IMG/VR virus record: IMGVR_UViG_3300034170_000034
Location: 1 to 38,180 of that record
DNA length: 38,180 nucleotides
Reading direction: 5' to 3' (one strand)
DNA from: a virus
Shown: in pieces, positions 1 to 8,703 of the stretch
How positions within the stretch are numbered: position 1 is the first letter of the stretch
Layout: each line of letters starts with the position of its first letter
Notes under the pieces: model-generated
What the model saw: the letters and a program-made list of their open reading frames with translations, nothing else
What the model was told of the DNA's origin: nothing
The model's database searches: none
Program-made: the position numbers and the translations under genes

Positions 1-127
1 TGATCCTGGCTGCGCGCCTCGTTGTCCTCGACCATCCCGTCTAGCCAGCTCATTTGACGATCACCATGATGGGTTGTTGGGTATCCGGATCGATCTGTAC
101 CCGGCCGGCGTTCAACAGGTAATAGGA
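1..127. repeat. Terminal overlap copy 1, identical to 38054..38180
   Basis: Read directly: tgatcctggctgcgcgcc...caggtaatagga occurs at both ends of the window. Confidence 0.95.
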
Positions 128-2068
128 CCCTTCCTTGCCCGGCACCGGCATCATCGGCATGTCTTCCAACTGACTGACCGGGATCTTACTGGACTTGGCC
201 ATGCCCTCGATTTGCATGTCGACCGACTTATTGAAGTCATCATCAGTCATGCCGTAAGGCTTGATCACCTTGGCGCCGGCTCGCTCAGCAACACCGCCGG
301 TTGCCATATCGAACGCAGACGTGGAGGTCTTTTTGTCGAGGTCTTCGCCTTCGTCATACTTCAAGCCCTTCGCTGCAGCGGTGCCGGCGTACAGGGACTT
401 AAACGCCAGATAGGCCTGTTCACGCTGCGGGGTGCCTGGCAACAGGGATTCGCCTGCATGCTCGTCGAAGGCATCTCGAAAGAACTTGTCCTTTGGCAAC
501 GGCACCGATTTGTCGGTCAGCACCTTGGCCCCGGCCAGCAGCGTGCGAGGTACGTCAGTGCCGTCGGCCCCCTTGAGCCCACGGAACTGCGCCATGCCGG
601 CCAGCGTGGCAATAGGGTCATCGGCTACCAGTGGCTTGATGGCGGCAGCAAAGTCGGCGCCGGACGGCGATGACCCAGCGATTGCGCCGAACAGTTGCAG
701 CTTGGTGCTGTCGTCAGCCTGCTTGATCAGTGCGCTCAGCATCGTCGCCTCTTCTGGCTTCCACGGGTTGCGGTTGACCTCGGGGCCATAAGCCTTGCGC
801 ACGGAGTTCACCACGTCGAACCGGTCGGAGATCTGCTCGCCCAACTTCTGCTGGCCTTCTTGCGTAGTGATGCCGGAAACATCCAGCGCCGCCACGTCGG
901 AGCCGGTTCGCATCGCGTTGAAGCTCAGCGGGTTTTCACGCATCAGCTTGATGTTGTTGTCCACGGCAGTCTGCAGGCGGTTCAGGTTGGCTTGCTGGGT
1001 GACGCTCCCACCATTCGCCTGCATCTGCTGGCGCTGCTGATCAATGAACTGCTGGGCGACCGCTGGGGGCTGCCTCAGGAGGCCTTGCACCTGATTCATT
1101 TCCTGTATGCGCTGGCCGTACTCGCCAGCAACAGAGGTGCCGGAGGTCAACGATTTCCACCGCTGCTGGTCTGCTGGCGTTGGCGGAACTCCGCTGGCAG
1201 CCTGCTGATCCATCTGGCTCAAAGCGCGCTCGGCCTTCATTTCCCGCATTTCAGCCTGACGCTGCTGGTGTTCCTTCACCTGGAAGATGCGACCGCTCAC
1301 GGTGTTGAGCAGTTGATTGCGTTTCTCAGGGTCCAGCTTCTTGGCGTAGAAGCCATCCTCGGCGGTCAGATCGTGTTCAACCTGCTGCAGGCTGCCCAGG
1401 TTTTCACGCGACCCGATCACGCGCTGAGTGGCGTGCGTGGTCCAGTTACCGTCCTTGAATTCCTGTTTCTTACTTTTCCAGGCCTCGCCGAATGCCAAGT
1501 GCCCGGCGGTGTCGATGTCCTCGGCATCCATGCGAGCATTGATCTGATCGACGTTCGCACCGGGCATGGCGGCATCTTTGCCAAGCATATCCATGCGCGA
1601 GGTCAGATCGCTTTGCGCCGAGAGGATGCGGCCTTTGGCAACAGAGGCATTTACCGAATCGAGGCCGCCGATCTGCATACGCTTGAGGGAGTTACCAACC
1701 TCCCCCTGCTGGGCCTGATCGAGGCCAGGCAATTGCAGCGGGTCGAGCTTGGACACCGCCGTGTTATAGGCTTCCGGCGCCTTGTCATAGGACAGCTTGC
1801 CCACACGGATCTTTTCGTCAAGGTCCGTGGCAATGGTCTTGATCTGCGATTCACGATCGATCAGCGCGTTGCTGGCCTTCACACGGGCCAGCGCCTGATC
1901 CTCTTTGTTGATGCCGTCCAACACGCCAAGCGCAGCGTTCTGCACGGTTCCGGCCACCTGCTGCGCTGCCTGGGCCTGGCCGCGTGGGTCCGTGGTGATG
2001 ACGCGATTCTGCGCAACCTCTGGCGCGACCTGGACTTGTGCGAAGTTACCCAACGGGATCTGTGCCAT
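50..2068 (-). CDS. Internal virion (core/ejection) protein, T7 gp15-position analogue, 672 aa
   Basis: Large Q/A-rich, coiled-coil-like protein. It lies in the virion block after the gp14-like gene. Its start overlaps the upstream stop (TGATG). Its stop overlaps the start of the next gene across the circular junction (ATGA at 50-53). Confidence 0.6.
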   Translation of the reverse strand: MAQIPLGNFAQVQVAPEVAQNRVITTDPRGQAQAAQQVAGTVQNAALGVLDGINKEDQALARVKASNALIDRESQIKTIATDLDEKIRVGKLSYDKAPEAYNTAVSKLDPLQLPGLDQAQQGEVGNSLKRMQIGGLDSVNASVAKGRILSAQSDLTSRMDMLGKDAAMPGANVDQINARMDAEDIDTAGHLAFGEAWKSKKQEFKDGNWTTHATQRVIGSRENLGSLQQVEHDLTAEDGFYAKKLDPEKRNQLLNTVSGRIFQVKEHQQRQAEMREMKAERALSQMDQQAASGVPPTPADQQRWKSLTSGTSVAGEYGQRIQEMNQVQGLLRQPPAVAQQFIDQQRQQMQANGGSVTQQANLNRLQTAVDNNIKLMRENPLSFNAMRTGSDVAALDVSGITTQEGQQKLGEQISDRFDVVNSVRKAYGPEVNRNPWKPEEATMLSALIKQADDSTKLQLFGAIAGSSPSGADFAAAIKPLVADDPIATLAGMAQFRGLKGADGTDVPRTLLAGAKVLTDKSVPLPKDKFFRDAFDEHAGESLLPGTPQREQAYLAFKSLYAGTAAAKGLKYDEGEDLDKKTSTSAFDMATGGVAERAGAKVIKPYGMTDDDFNKSVDMQIEGMAKSSKIPVSQLEDMPMMPVPGKEGSYYLLNAGRVQIDPDTQQPIMVIVK

Positions 2069-2586
2069 CAGTTGGACCCTCCTGCTGTTGGGACGGTGCC
2101 ATTCTTACCAGCAGCGGACGCCTTCCAGGCCATGCCCGCCTGGGCGCCAGCGGATAGGACAGTTCCGATGGATTGCGAGTTGGCATTACTGCGCGCCTGG
2201 TTGCCGGCCAGCGTGTAGTTGCTGGCGTCAGCATATCCACGGGCCTTCTGGTTTTGCCCGTTGAAGATGGTCAGCGCCGCGTCTTCTTCAGCATTGCCGA
2301 TGATCTGCTCGTTGATATTGATCGCGGTCCCGGCGCCCGTCTCAACGCCGGAAGCTGCCAGGGATGCGTTGGCCTCACTGGCTTGATTGCGGGCCAGGCG
2401 GCGGACACGGTCGGCCTGTACCACGGCAGAGCTGGCGGCGTTGTCGGCGTCATTCTGGGCCTGCTCCGACTGAGCATCAGAATTGAGCTGGGACTGCTTT
2501 CCCGATTGCTGGGTGCTGTACACCGAATACACGGTCGCCGCTGCCATTGCCGCATAAGCGGCCATCCCCAATGCTCCTACTGCCAT
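2068..2586 (-). CDS. Small internal virion protein with hydrophobic N-terminus (gp14-position analogue), 172 aa
   Basis: The N-terminus MAVGALGMAAYAAMAAATVYSVY looks like a TM segment and the rest is Q/N/A-rich. It is tightly packed between the GNAT gene and the 672-aa gene. Confidence 0.5.
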   Translation of the reverse strand: MAVGALGMAAYAAMAAATVYSVYSTQQSGKQSQLNSDAQSEQAQNDADNAASSAVVQADRVRRLARNQASEANASLAASGVETGAGTAININEQIIGNAEEDAALTIFNGQNQKARGYADASNYTLAGNQARSNANSQSIGTVLSAGAQAGMAWKASAAGKNGTVPTAGGSN

Positions 2587-2587
2587 G

Positions 2588-3031
2588 TCAGATCTCCATC
2601 ATCAAAAGCGGGCCGATGTTGCGCAGACCCTGAGACTCGTAAAGCCGGGTGGTTCCTTCGACGCTCACTCCGGTACCAATGCCCATGTAGATTTGTTTCG
2701 CCCCTTTGAGCTTTGCCCATTCCTTGAATGCTTGGATCAGGCGCAGGGCGATCACGCCATTGCGCTTGGAGGGCTCGACGAACAGCGAATAGTCGTAGGC
2801 GATCAGGTCATTGCTGAACCACTGATCCGTCACAGCGCCCGCCATGCCGCCAACCACCTCACCGCGAACCTCAGCAACGAACACAACGCCATGCCCATTG
2901 ATCAGCTCATGCAGGAAGACGGCCGACTTGTCCGGGCAAAAGCTCATGGTTGAATAGCTGGTGGTGGCGTGTAGCAGCGTTCCCAGCTCGATCAGCCGGG
3001 GAACGTCGGAGTGCTTGGCGGGCCTGATCAT
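2588..3031 (-). CDS. GNAT-family N-acetyltransferase, 147 aa
   Basis: GNAT-like layout: MIRPAKHSDVPRLIEL start, FVAEVRGEVVGG strand, and LFVEPSKRNGVIALRLIQ in the acetyl-CoA-site region. A GAGG SD lies 6 nt upstream. Confidence 0.7.
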   Translation of the reverse strand: MIRPAKHSDVPRLIELGTLLHATTSYSTMSFCPDKSAVFLHELINGHGVVFVAEVRGEVVGGMAGAVTDQWFSNDLIAYDYSLFVEPSKRNGVIALRLIQAFKEWAKLKGAKQIYMGIGTGVSVEGTTRLYESQGLRNIGPLLMMEI

Positions 3032-3040
3032 GGGGATACC

Positions 3041-5203
3041 TCAGTCATTGATCGTTATTTTCTTGATGACGTTGAGCAGGTGGAACGGCAGCGGCTGGTC
3101 CTGCATGATTTCGAGCGAGGCCTCGCCGCGATCCCATCCCAGATTCTCTATGCGCTTGACGCCTATGAATGACTCAGGGGGCTGGTCGAGGACGCCCTCG
3201 CCGAGATTGCGGAAGCTGATTGTCTGAGCCATGCCCTTGCCCTTCACCTTGCAGCCAATGGTGTCAAGGAATCGAAGCGTCACTTCACCGATGCGCATGC
3301 TGTTGCCCTGGGAGCTACCAGTGTTGCCAGAGGCCTCAGGGGTCAGCGTCTTGATCCTGGTCTTGAAGTTCAGACCAATCGATGTGGCGAACGCCGTGCG
3401 CGGGATGGTTACCTGCCCACCGGTAACGAGCTGCTGCTGCATCACAACGCCGTCCGCAACGATGTCGACCATCTTCCCCTCAAGGTGCGCCAGGCCGCCC
3501 CAGACCGTAGCACCGTCAACACTGGTGGCGTTTACCCCGGAGTCGACGCGCACGCCACTGGTGAAGCGCTCGATGTAGCGAACGTTGACGCCACCGATTT
3601 TGCGGCGAACCACGGTCCACACCTGATCGCCTGTGCCGGTAGGGATGGCGGCGACCGACTCATAGCCCCCGTCCGTGGTCTGCCGTGCCCAGCCGATTAC
3701 GTCTTGGTCGCGGTCCACGGTCATGGTGGCTATGACGCCATCAGCGCGAACCATGAACAGGATCGACTCAGGCTCTTGCTGATAGGCCATGTCGATGACG
3801 CCGGACTTGGTCGCATGCTCAGACAGCACGGACATATCAGGCGAGCCGAATGTGTCGGAGTCGTACTTGTAGGCCATGGCGCGCAGCTTGCGGCCGGCGC
3901 GCTGGACGAAATACAGCTCGTTGCCGATACGCACCGGGCGCACGCGGTTGCAGCCGTACACCGATGGGTTCTTGGCACGGACGTTGGTCGGGGTGATTGC
4001 CTTTTCGACACCGCCACTCACGGTGAACTCGCCGCCATAGGTCAGCGGGATCAGGGCATTGATCTGCCCGATGTGTAGGATTGGGTTGATCTGGTCAGAC
4101 GACAGGTTGTACGAGATTGCATCATCATCCTTGGTGCCCAGTTCGAAGTTCAGGTACTCCCCGGTACGCGACTCCCAGATGGTCTGCGGGAAGTTCGGCG
4201 ATCCGCCCAGGGCCAGGCGCTGTTCGTACAGTGTGCCAGCGCCAGGGTAGCCGTCGATGTCGTTCCACACTGAGGCCTCAAGCGACCAGGCGTTGGCCGG
4301 CGATGCAACTGCAGATGTCGGGGCCGAACGAATGATCCCAGAAACCACTGTAGTGCTCGTGTAGGTAGCGATCTCTAAGAGCCCGCTGTTGATCTTGACG
4401 AACTTACCTACATCACTAGCGCGCCAGCCAGCAGCCCCCAGCGTCATGCTAACCGATGCCCCGACCGGGGTTGCTGCGCTCAGGGTGTTGGTGGTCTGCG
4501 GCGATCCCTTCAAGGACCAAGTAGGCCGGGTGATTGCGCTGAATGCGTTGGTCACCTCAACGGTGGCCACGGTGGCGCTGGTCACGGCGGTGATCTTGGC
4601 AACGCCACCGCCCGACCAGATCTCACGCCCAACGTCGGCAGCCAGGAACGCAGATTCAGCAGCGGTAACGGTACGCCCGGCGCCCACCGCCGGGTTGTCG
4701 ATGGTGAACGTGGTCAAGAAGTCGATGCCCTTCTCGTCGAAAGGCTTGGTCACGAACGGGGCCGGTGCCAGGCTCCATTCGGTATTGGTGATACGGCGCA
4801 GGCGGTAGACGGGCACCGTGTTGCAGAAGATGAACATGGTGTCGGCACCCTGGACGTAATCCAGGCGATCGAGGATCGTATGCGCGTAAGGGCTGACCAG
4901 TTCAATACCGCTGTAGGTGCCGTCGGCGAAGTGGATGCGCACGTACAGGTCGCCCATCTCAACCATGTACGCCTGGGCGGCGTTGAACACATACGGGACA
5001 AGCCGGCAGTTATTATCCGGGTACTTGGCGGGCGAGCACAGCAGCGTGCCGTCACGGCGAACAGCTCCACCGTGGATCACAGGCCAAGCGTTCTCGATGA
5101 TCTCGGCGCCGTTCTGGTATCGAGCGATGTCGACACGGCCCAGCATGCGCGGGGAAACCTCACCGGCCGTGAAGTTGGTTTGATTCAGCGTCAGGCGGGG
5201 CAT
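3041..5203 (-). CDS. Tail tubular protein B (T7 gp12-like), 720 aa
   Basis: Its size and position directly after the gp11-like gene fit gp12. The N-terminus MPRLTLNQTNFTAGEVSPRMLGR resembles podovirus nozzle proteins as I remember them. Confidence 0.7.
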   Translation of the reverse strand: MPRLTLNQTNFTAGEVSPRMLGRVDIARYQNGAEIIENAWPVIHGGAVRRDGTLLCSPAKYPDNNCRLVPYVFNAAQAYMVEMGDLYVRIHFADGTYSGIELVSPYAHTILDRLDYVQGADTMFIFCNTVPVYRLRRITNTEWSLAPAPFVTKPFDEKGIDFLTTFTIDNPAVGAGRTVTAAESAFLAADVGREIWSGGGVAKITAVTSATVATVEVTNAFSAITRPTWSLKGSPQTTNTLSAATPVGASVSMTLGAAGWRASDVGKFVKINSGLLEIATYTSTTVVSGIIRSAPTSAVASPANAWSLEASVWNDIDGYPGAGTLYEQRLALGGSPNFPQTIWESRTGEYLNFELGTKDDDAISYNLSSDQINPILHIGQINALIPLTYGGEFTVSGGVEKAITPTNVRAKNPSVYGCNRVRPVRIGNELYFVQRAGRKLRAMAYKYDSDTFGSPDMSVLSEHATKSGVIDMAYQQEPESILFMVRADGVIATMTVDRDQDVIGWARQTTDGGYESVAAIPTGTGDQVWTVVRRKIGGVNVRYIERFTSGVRVDSGVNATSVDGATVWGGLAHLEGKMVDIVADGVVMQQQLVTGGQVTIPRTAFATSIGLNFKTRIKTLTPEASGNTGSSQGNSMRIGEVTLRFLDTIGCKVKGKGMAQTISFRNLGEGVLDQPPESFIGVKRIENLGWDRGEASLEIMQDQPLPFHLLNVIKKITIND

Positions 5204-5790
5204 TACCAGTAACTCCCGAAGCGAGCGGCGTACAGGCGTTCATCGCCCAGGGTCTGCGGCGGATCTTCCTGGCCATCCACGGCGCGGGCTCTGCGAAGGG
5301 ATGTTTCGAGCTTCTGCTCCATGGTCTGCTGCATGGCGGCCGATTGAGTGATCGGGTACGCCATTGCGGCGGCCATGGCCAACGTCACCAGCTTCACCAG
5401 GTGCGCGTCCCACGTGTTCTCTACCTCGTTGCGGAATACATAGCGCAGCTCCAGCACGGTGGTATTGGCCTGGATACTGCGACCCTCAACCAGATATTCG
5501 ATCTGCTGACCGATACTGCCTACCTCCAGCACACGCGAGAAGTCTGCCGGCAGCTCAAAGGCATAGTCGTAACCGAACGCCGGCGCAACAGCGTCAGGGG
5601 CCAGTACCGCTCGCTTGATGCAGCAGTTCCACGGGTGGGCGCGCAGCATGTCGTCACGAACAGTTGGGTAAAGGTTGGAGCACAGCTTCGCCCGGTCGAG
5701 GTTCGCCTCGTCGGCAAAGTCGTTGATAGTCTGCGAGCCCAGCATCAGCAGCGCGTTGGAGCAGATCGAAACACCGGTTGCCATCGTCAT
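5203..5790 (-). CDS. Tail tubular protein A (T7 gp11-like), about 195 aa
   Basis: The ORF-track ORF 5203..5964 is trimmed to the ATG at 5790, which is preceded by GGAGG with a 6-nt spacer. Size and position match gp11. The 1-nt overlap TAATG couples it to the next gene. Confidence 0.65.
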   Translation of the reverse strand: MTMATGVSICSNALLMLGSQTINDFADEANLDRAKLCSNLYPTVRDDMLRAHPWNCCIKRAVLAPDAVAPAFGYDYAFELPADFSRVLEVGSIGQQIEYLVEGRSIQANTTVLELRYVFRNEVENTWDAHLVKLVTLAMAAAMAYPITQSAAMQQTMEQKLETSLRRARAVDGQEDPPQTLGDERLYAARFGSYW

Positions 5791-5803
5791 CCCCAACCTC
5801 CGG

Positions 5804-5832
5804 ATAAAAAGACCGGGGCACTCGGCCCCGGT
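5804..5832 (-). terminator. Rho-independent terminator after the capsid/decoration genes (T7 Tphi-like position)
   Basis: Minus strand reads ACCGGGGC-cgagt-GCCCCGGT followed by CTTTTTAT: an 8-bp GC stem plus a T-run. Confidence 0.65.
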
Positions 5833-5863
5833 AAATGTTTGCCATCCATGGCGGCCCGTGAAA

Positions 5864-6325
5864 TCAGTTCTGACCGGCGTAGACAGCGACCAGGGTAAGG
5901 ACTTGACCCGCCAGCAGCGTTGCACCAGCAACAACGGAACGCAGCTCGCTGGTGTCGGTGGCATCGCCAGGCTTGACCACAGTCACCTCTGCCAGCGCGC
6001 CACTAGCGAACTGTGCTTCAGCGAGCAGCTTTGCGGCGGATGCGGCAGACGATGCGGCCATGTATCGAGCCGGAGTAACTGGATCGCCCAGGTTAATGGT
6101 CGAGGAAGCAGTGCCAGCAGAGCAGTAGATGGCGGTGCCAGGCATCAGGCGCGCACCGAAGGGCAGATAGCCCCACGAGATCACGTCCGCGATGGCCTGA
6201 CCGCCCGCTGGCACGGTATAGGTGCTGATGAATGCCTGGAGATCGCCACCTTGAAGGTTCGGCTTGACCAGAGTTTGCGGATACGCCACTCGGGCTGCCG
6301 CGAGACTTGCGAGAACGGTTGCCAT
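5864..6325 (-). CDS. Hypothetical virion protein directly after the major capsid gene; possible capsid decoration/cement protein, 153 aa
   Basis: AGGAG SD. The protein is A/G/T-rich and beta-like. The function call rests on position only. Confidence 0.45.
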   Translation of the reverse strand: MATVLASLAAARVAYPQTLVKPNLQGGDLQAFISTYTVPAGGQAIADVISWGYLPFGARLMPGTAIYCSAGTASSTINLGDPVTPARYMAASSAASAAKLLAEAQFASGALAEVTVVKPGDATDTSELRSVVAGATLLAGQVLTLVAVYAGQN

Positions 6326-6370
6326 GTTTAAAGCTCCTGAATCAATGAGTTGTGTTGTGAAGCGCCTGCC

Positions 6371-7234
6371 TTAGGACTCAAGGCAAGCAATCTCCACGAC
6401 TTTCTCTTCTTCGACCCGGACGGCGCCGATCGACATTTTTGCGTAAATGCGGACGTTGAAACCCTTGCTGGCGTCTTCGCCAACCTTGGTCATGATGTCC
6501 GCGCCCTTGCCCAGGGTTACGCCGGACTTGGCGTAGGCGTACAGGAAGCGCGAGGTGCCGATCTTTGGGCAGCGCTCGGTGGGGATCCAGTTGAAGCCCA
6601 TCCACTTGCCGCGCACGCTGCCTTCGCGCAGGAACTGGCCCGACAGGTAGTCGGAACTGGTCAGCGTGGTGTCAGCCAGGATCTGTGCGGCCGCAGCAGC
6701 GTTGTAGAGCATGTACAGCTCTTCGCCCGCTTCCTCGTCCGCCTCGTTGGTACGGAACAGGGTCTTGGCCTGGATGATCTTGGCCTTGGTCAAGTTCGTG
6801 CCACCCACCGCAATTTTCTGCGCTGCAGGCAGGATGATGTTGCTGGTGGTGGAGCGGGAGGTGCTGCCCAGGGAAGCGATGATCACGTCATCCTTGGCGC
6901 GGTTCAGCGATGCAATCATTGCTTTGACGTAGTCCGACGTCGGGTCAACCAACATGCGGATCTTGTCCTGGTCGTCGACCATGTCGCCGTCTTCCCAGTC
7001 GTACAGGTCGACATAGCGGGTCGAGTGCGGTTGATCGTTGATCGGGGTATCGCCGTGGCGCTGGGTGCGACGGGTCGCGGTGCGCTGGCCCAGACGGTTG
7101 ATCGACTTGGACATGCCAATGATGTTCGGCTCTTGAGCAACGGTGGTCTCAAGACGCGACGTGGACTGTTGGGCAACGTGGCGGAAGTTGTCAGCGAACT
7201 GCTGAACAAACGCCTCGGTGATTTGCTGGGACAT
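6371..7234 (-). CDS. Major capsid protein, 287 aa
   Basis: Trimmed to the ATG at 7234 (MSQQITEAF), with GGAG about 9 nt upstream. It follows the scaffold gene, and its size and composition are typical of HK97-fold podovirus capsids. Confidence 0.75.
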   Translation of the reverse strand: MSQQITEAFVQQFADNFRHVAQQSTSRLETTVAQEPNIIGMSKSINRLGQRTATRRTQRHGDTPINDQPHSTRYVDLYDWEDGDMVDDQDKIRMLVDPTSDYVKAMIASLNRAKDDVIIASLGSTSRSTTSNIILPAAQKIAVGGTNLTKAKIIQAKTLFRTNEADEEAGEELYMLYNAAAAAQILADTTLTSSDYLSGQFLREGSVRGKWMGFNWIPTERCPKIGTSRFLYAYAKSGVTLGKGADIMTKVGEDASKGFNVRIYAKMSIGAVRVEEEKVVEIACLES

Positions 7235-7350
7235 AAGATGCACTCCAATGCAGATAAGGGATTGCCTGCCGGTTGTCCGCATCGCGGGCCGGTATTACCT
7301 GGCGTGCATCGGCTTTGCTGCGCCTCGGGGCTTTCCGGGTATCTGCGTGC

Positions 7351-7387
7351 CATCGCAGGCCGGCCCATTGCTGGGATGCCTGCGATG
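7351..7387 (-). other. Perfect 10-bp hairpin in the scaffold-capsid spacer
   Basis: catcgcaggc (7351-7360) pairs with gcctgcgatg (7378-7387) across a 17-nt loop. There is no U-tract. Confidence 0.6.
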
Positions 7388-7402
7388 TTTGTGCATGGGG
7401 GG

Positions 7403-7422
7403 TGTCGGTTTCCCGACTATTT
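7403..7422 (-). promoter_or_regulatory. Late-operon motif copy 1
   Basis: Minus strand AAATAGTCGGGAAACCGACA. It begins 11 nt after the scaffold stop. Confidence 0.8.
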
Positions 7423-7433
7423 GAAGCGGGGAG

Positions 7434-8285
7434 TTAGAAGCGGGTCGTCGGCTTGTTGTACTTCTGGTCGTACATGCCATCGAGTTGGGCCTTGATACCG
7501 GCGCGCTTCGGATCATGTGCGGGCAATGCCTCAAGCTGGGCACGCAACTCGGCAGCCTTGACGTTGAAGTCCGCCTCGCTGACCTGCACGCCACCGTTGA
7601 TGGCGCTGTCTTCCTTGAGCTCCTTGCCGATGTTGGCGGTGAACGCGATGAAGTCCGGGTCATTCCCATACTTGGCCTGGAGCGCGGCGAAGTTGCCCGG
7701 CTTTCCCGGCTCGCTGGCGAAGGCCTCAGCAGCACGGTATGAGGCGCGAACGTTCTGGGTAATGGCCTGTTCATCACCCCACACAGCCTTGAGCGCGGCG
7801 GTGCAGTCCTGGGTGCTGAGTTGCACACCACCCTCGACCAGGCCGGGTGCCGCCTTCATGTACTCGCCGATCACGTACTGCACCTGATCATTGGTCAGGC
7901 CCTTGGCGTGCGCGCCCTTGAGGAACGACTGTGTACCCTCGTCGGCCTTGAATTCATCCCAGTCGAAACCCTCGACGCCCTCCAGCTTGACCGCGTATTC
8001 ATCGGCGGTCTTGGGTGGCACGTCGCCGGAACCCAGGCGGGTTTCGAGGTGTTTGTACGACTCGGCCAGCTTGCGGCTGGACTGATCCAAGTCGAGCGAG
8101 CCGTCTTCCTTGTTGACACGGTACTTCTCGGGGATGAAGTCGGTGGTGTTGGCGCCGCTGTCAAGCACAGTGCTAGTGGCTGCCGTGTTGGACGTAGTGG
8201 CCGCAGCTGTGGTTGCGCCAGGCTCGCCATCGGTGGTTTCAGCCATGAAAACGTGGCCCAGTCGGCCATGGATAAACATGTTCAT
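7434..8285 (-). CDS. Scaffolding (capsid assembly) protein, 283 aa
   Basis: Acidic, A/E/K-rich helical protein between portal and capsid, as for T7 gp9. An alternative start is the ATG at 8246. Confidence 0.65.
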   Translation of the reverse strand: MNMFIHGRLGHVFMAETTDGEPGATTAAATTSNTAATSTVLDSGANTTDFIPEKYRVNKEDGSLDLDQSSRKLAESYKHLETRLGSGDVPPKTADEYAVKLEGVEGFDWDEFKADEGTQSFLKGAHAKGLTNDQVQYVIGEYMKAAPGLVEGGVQLSTQDCTAALKAVWGDEQAITQNVRASYRAAEAFASEPGKPGNFAALQAKYGNDPDFIAFTANIGKELKEDSAINGGVQVSEADFNVKAAELRAQLEALPAHDPKRAGIKAQLDGMYDQKYNKPTTRF

Positions 8286-8455
8286 TTGTCACCGCCTTGG
8301 ACTGCAGCAAGGTCCTTGAGGCGCTGCGCAATTGACTTGCTCGCCTCTTTCAGTGCGTCGCTCGCTTCGATAGTGGTGGCGTCCCTGGTCGCCTCGTTGA
8401 TTGGGCGTAGCAGGTCAGCCAAGCCCTTTGCATATTCGATATCGATATAGTCCAC
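8282..8455 (-). CDS. Small hypothetical protein, 57 aa, GTG start (below the ORF-track cutoff)
   Basis: AGAGGA SD lies 6 nt upstream of the GTG at 8455. The stop overlaps the scaffold ATG (ATGA). Translates as VDYIDIEYAKGLADLLRPINEATRD... Confidence 0.4.
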   Translation of the reverse strand: MDYIDIEYAKGLADLLRPINEATRDATTIEASDALKEASKSIAQRLKDLAAVQGGDK

Positions 8456-8457
8456 GG

Positions 8458-8703
8458 TTATTCCTCTTGGTCGTTTGGATCGGCTTGGACGCCGTTGGCG
8501 CGGTTGATACGGTTAACAACGTGGTCCAGGACTTCACGGGCCCCGGCTTGCTTGTAGGTGGTGAGGATGGCGTCGATGCCGCCGACGGTGCAGGCGTTCT
8601 TGGCGAAGCGCTGCAGTAGCAGCTCAAAGCACATGGCGCCCTCGTGGTGGTCCTCGAACACACGCTTGAACATCGCGTCGACCTGCTCGGGGGTCATGCT
8701 CAT
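8458..8703 (-). CDS. Hypothetical protein, 81 aa
   Basis: ATGA overlap with the portal stop, and GC3-biased. Confidence 0.6.
   Translation of the reverse strand: MSMTPEQVDAMFKRVFEDHHEGAMCFELLLQRFAKNACTVGGIDAILTTYKQAGAREVLDHVVNRINRANGVQADPNDQEE

Noticed and set aside
695-2218. 507-aa plus-strand ORF, and similar long antisense ORFs at 6350..7495, 14760..15731, 32047..33396, 34162..35646, and 19167..19754 on the minus strand
   Set aside because: They lie antisense to well-supported, GC3-biased, coupled genes. Their products are low-complexity R/A/G/L-rich sequences typical of shadow frames in high-GC DNA, and they lack SDs.
7403-7422. Reading the motif on the plus strand as a T7-like promoter (CCCGACTATTT versus CGACTCACTATA)
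   Set aside because: The resemblance is short. That orientation would drive antisense transcription into the late genes, and no phage RNAP is encoded. It is kept only as a remote possibility.
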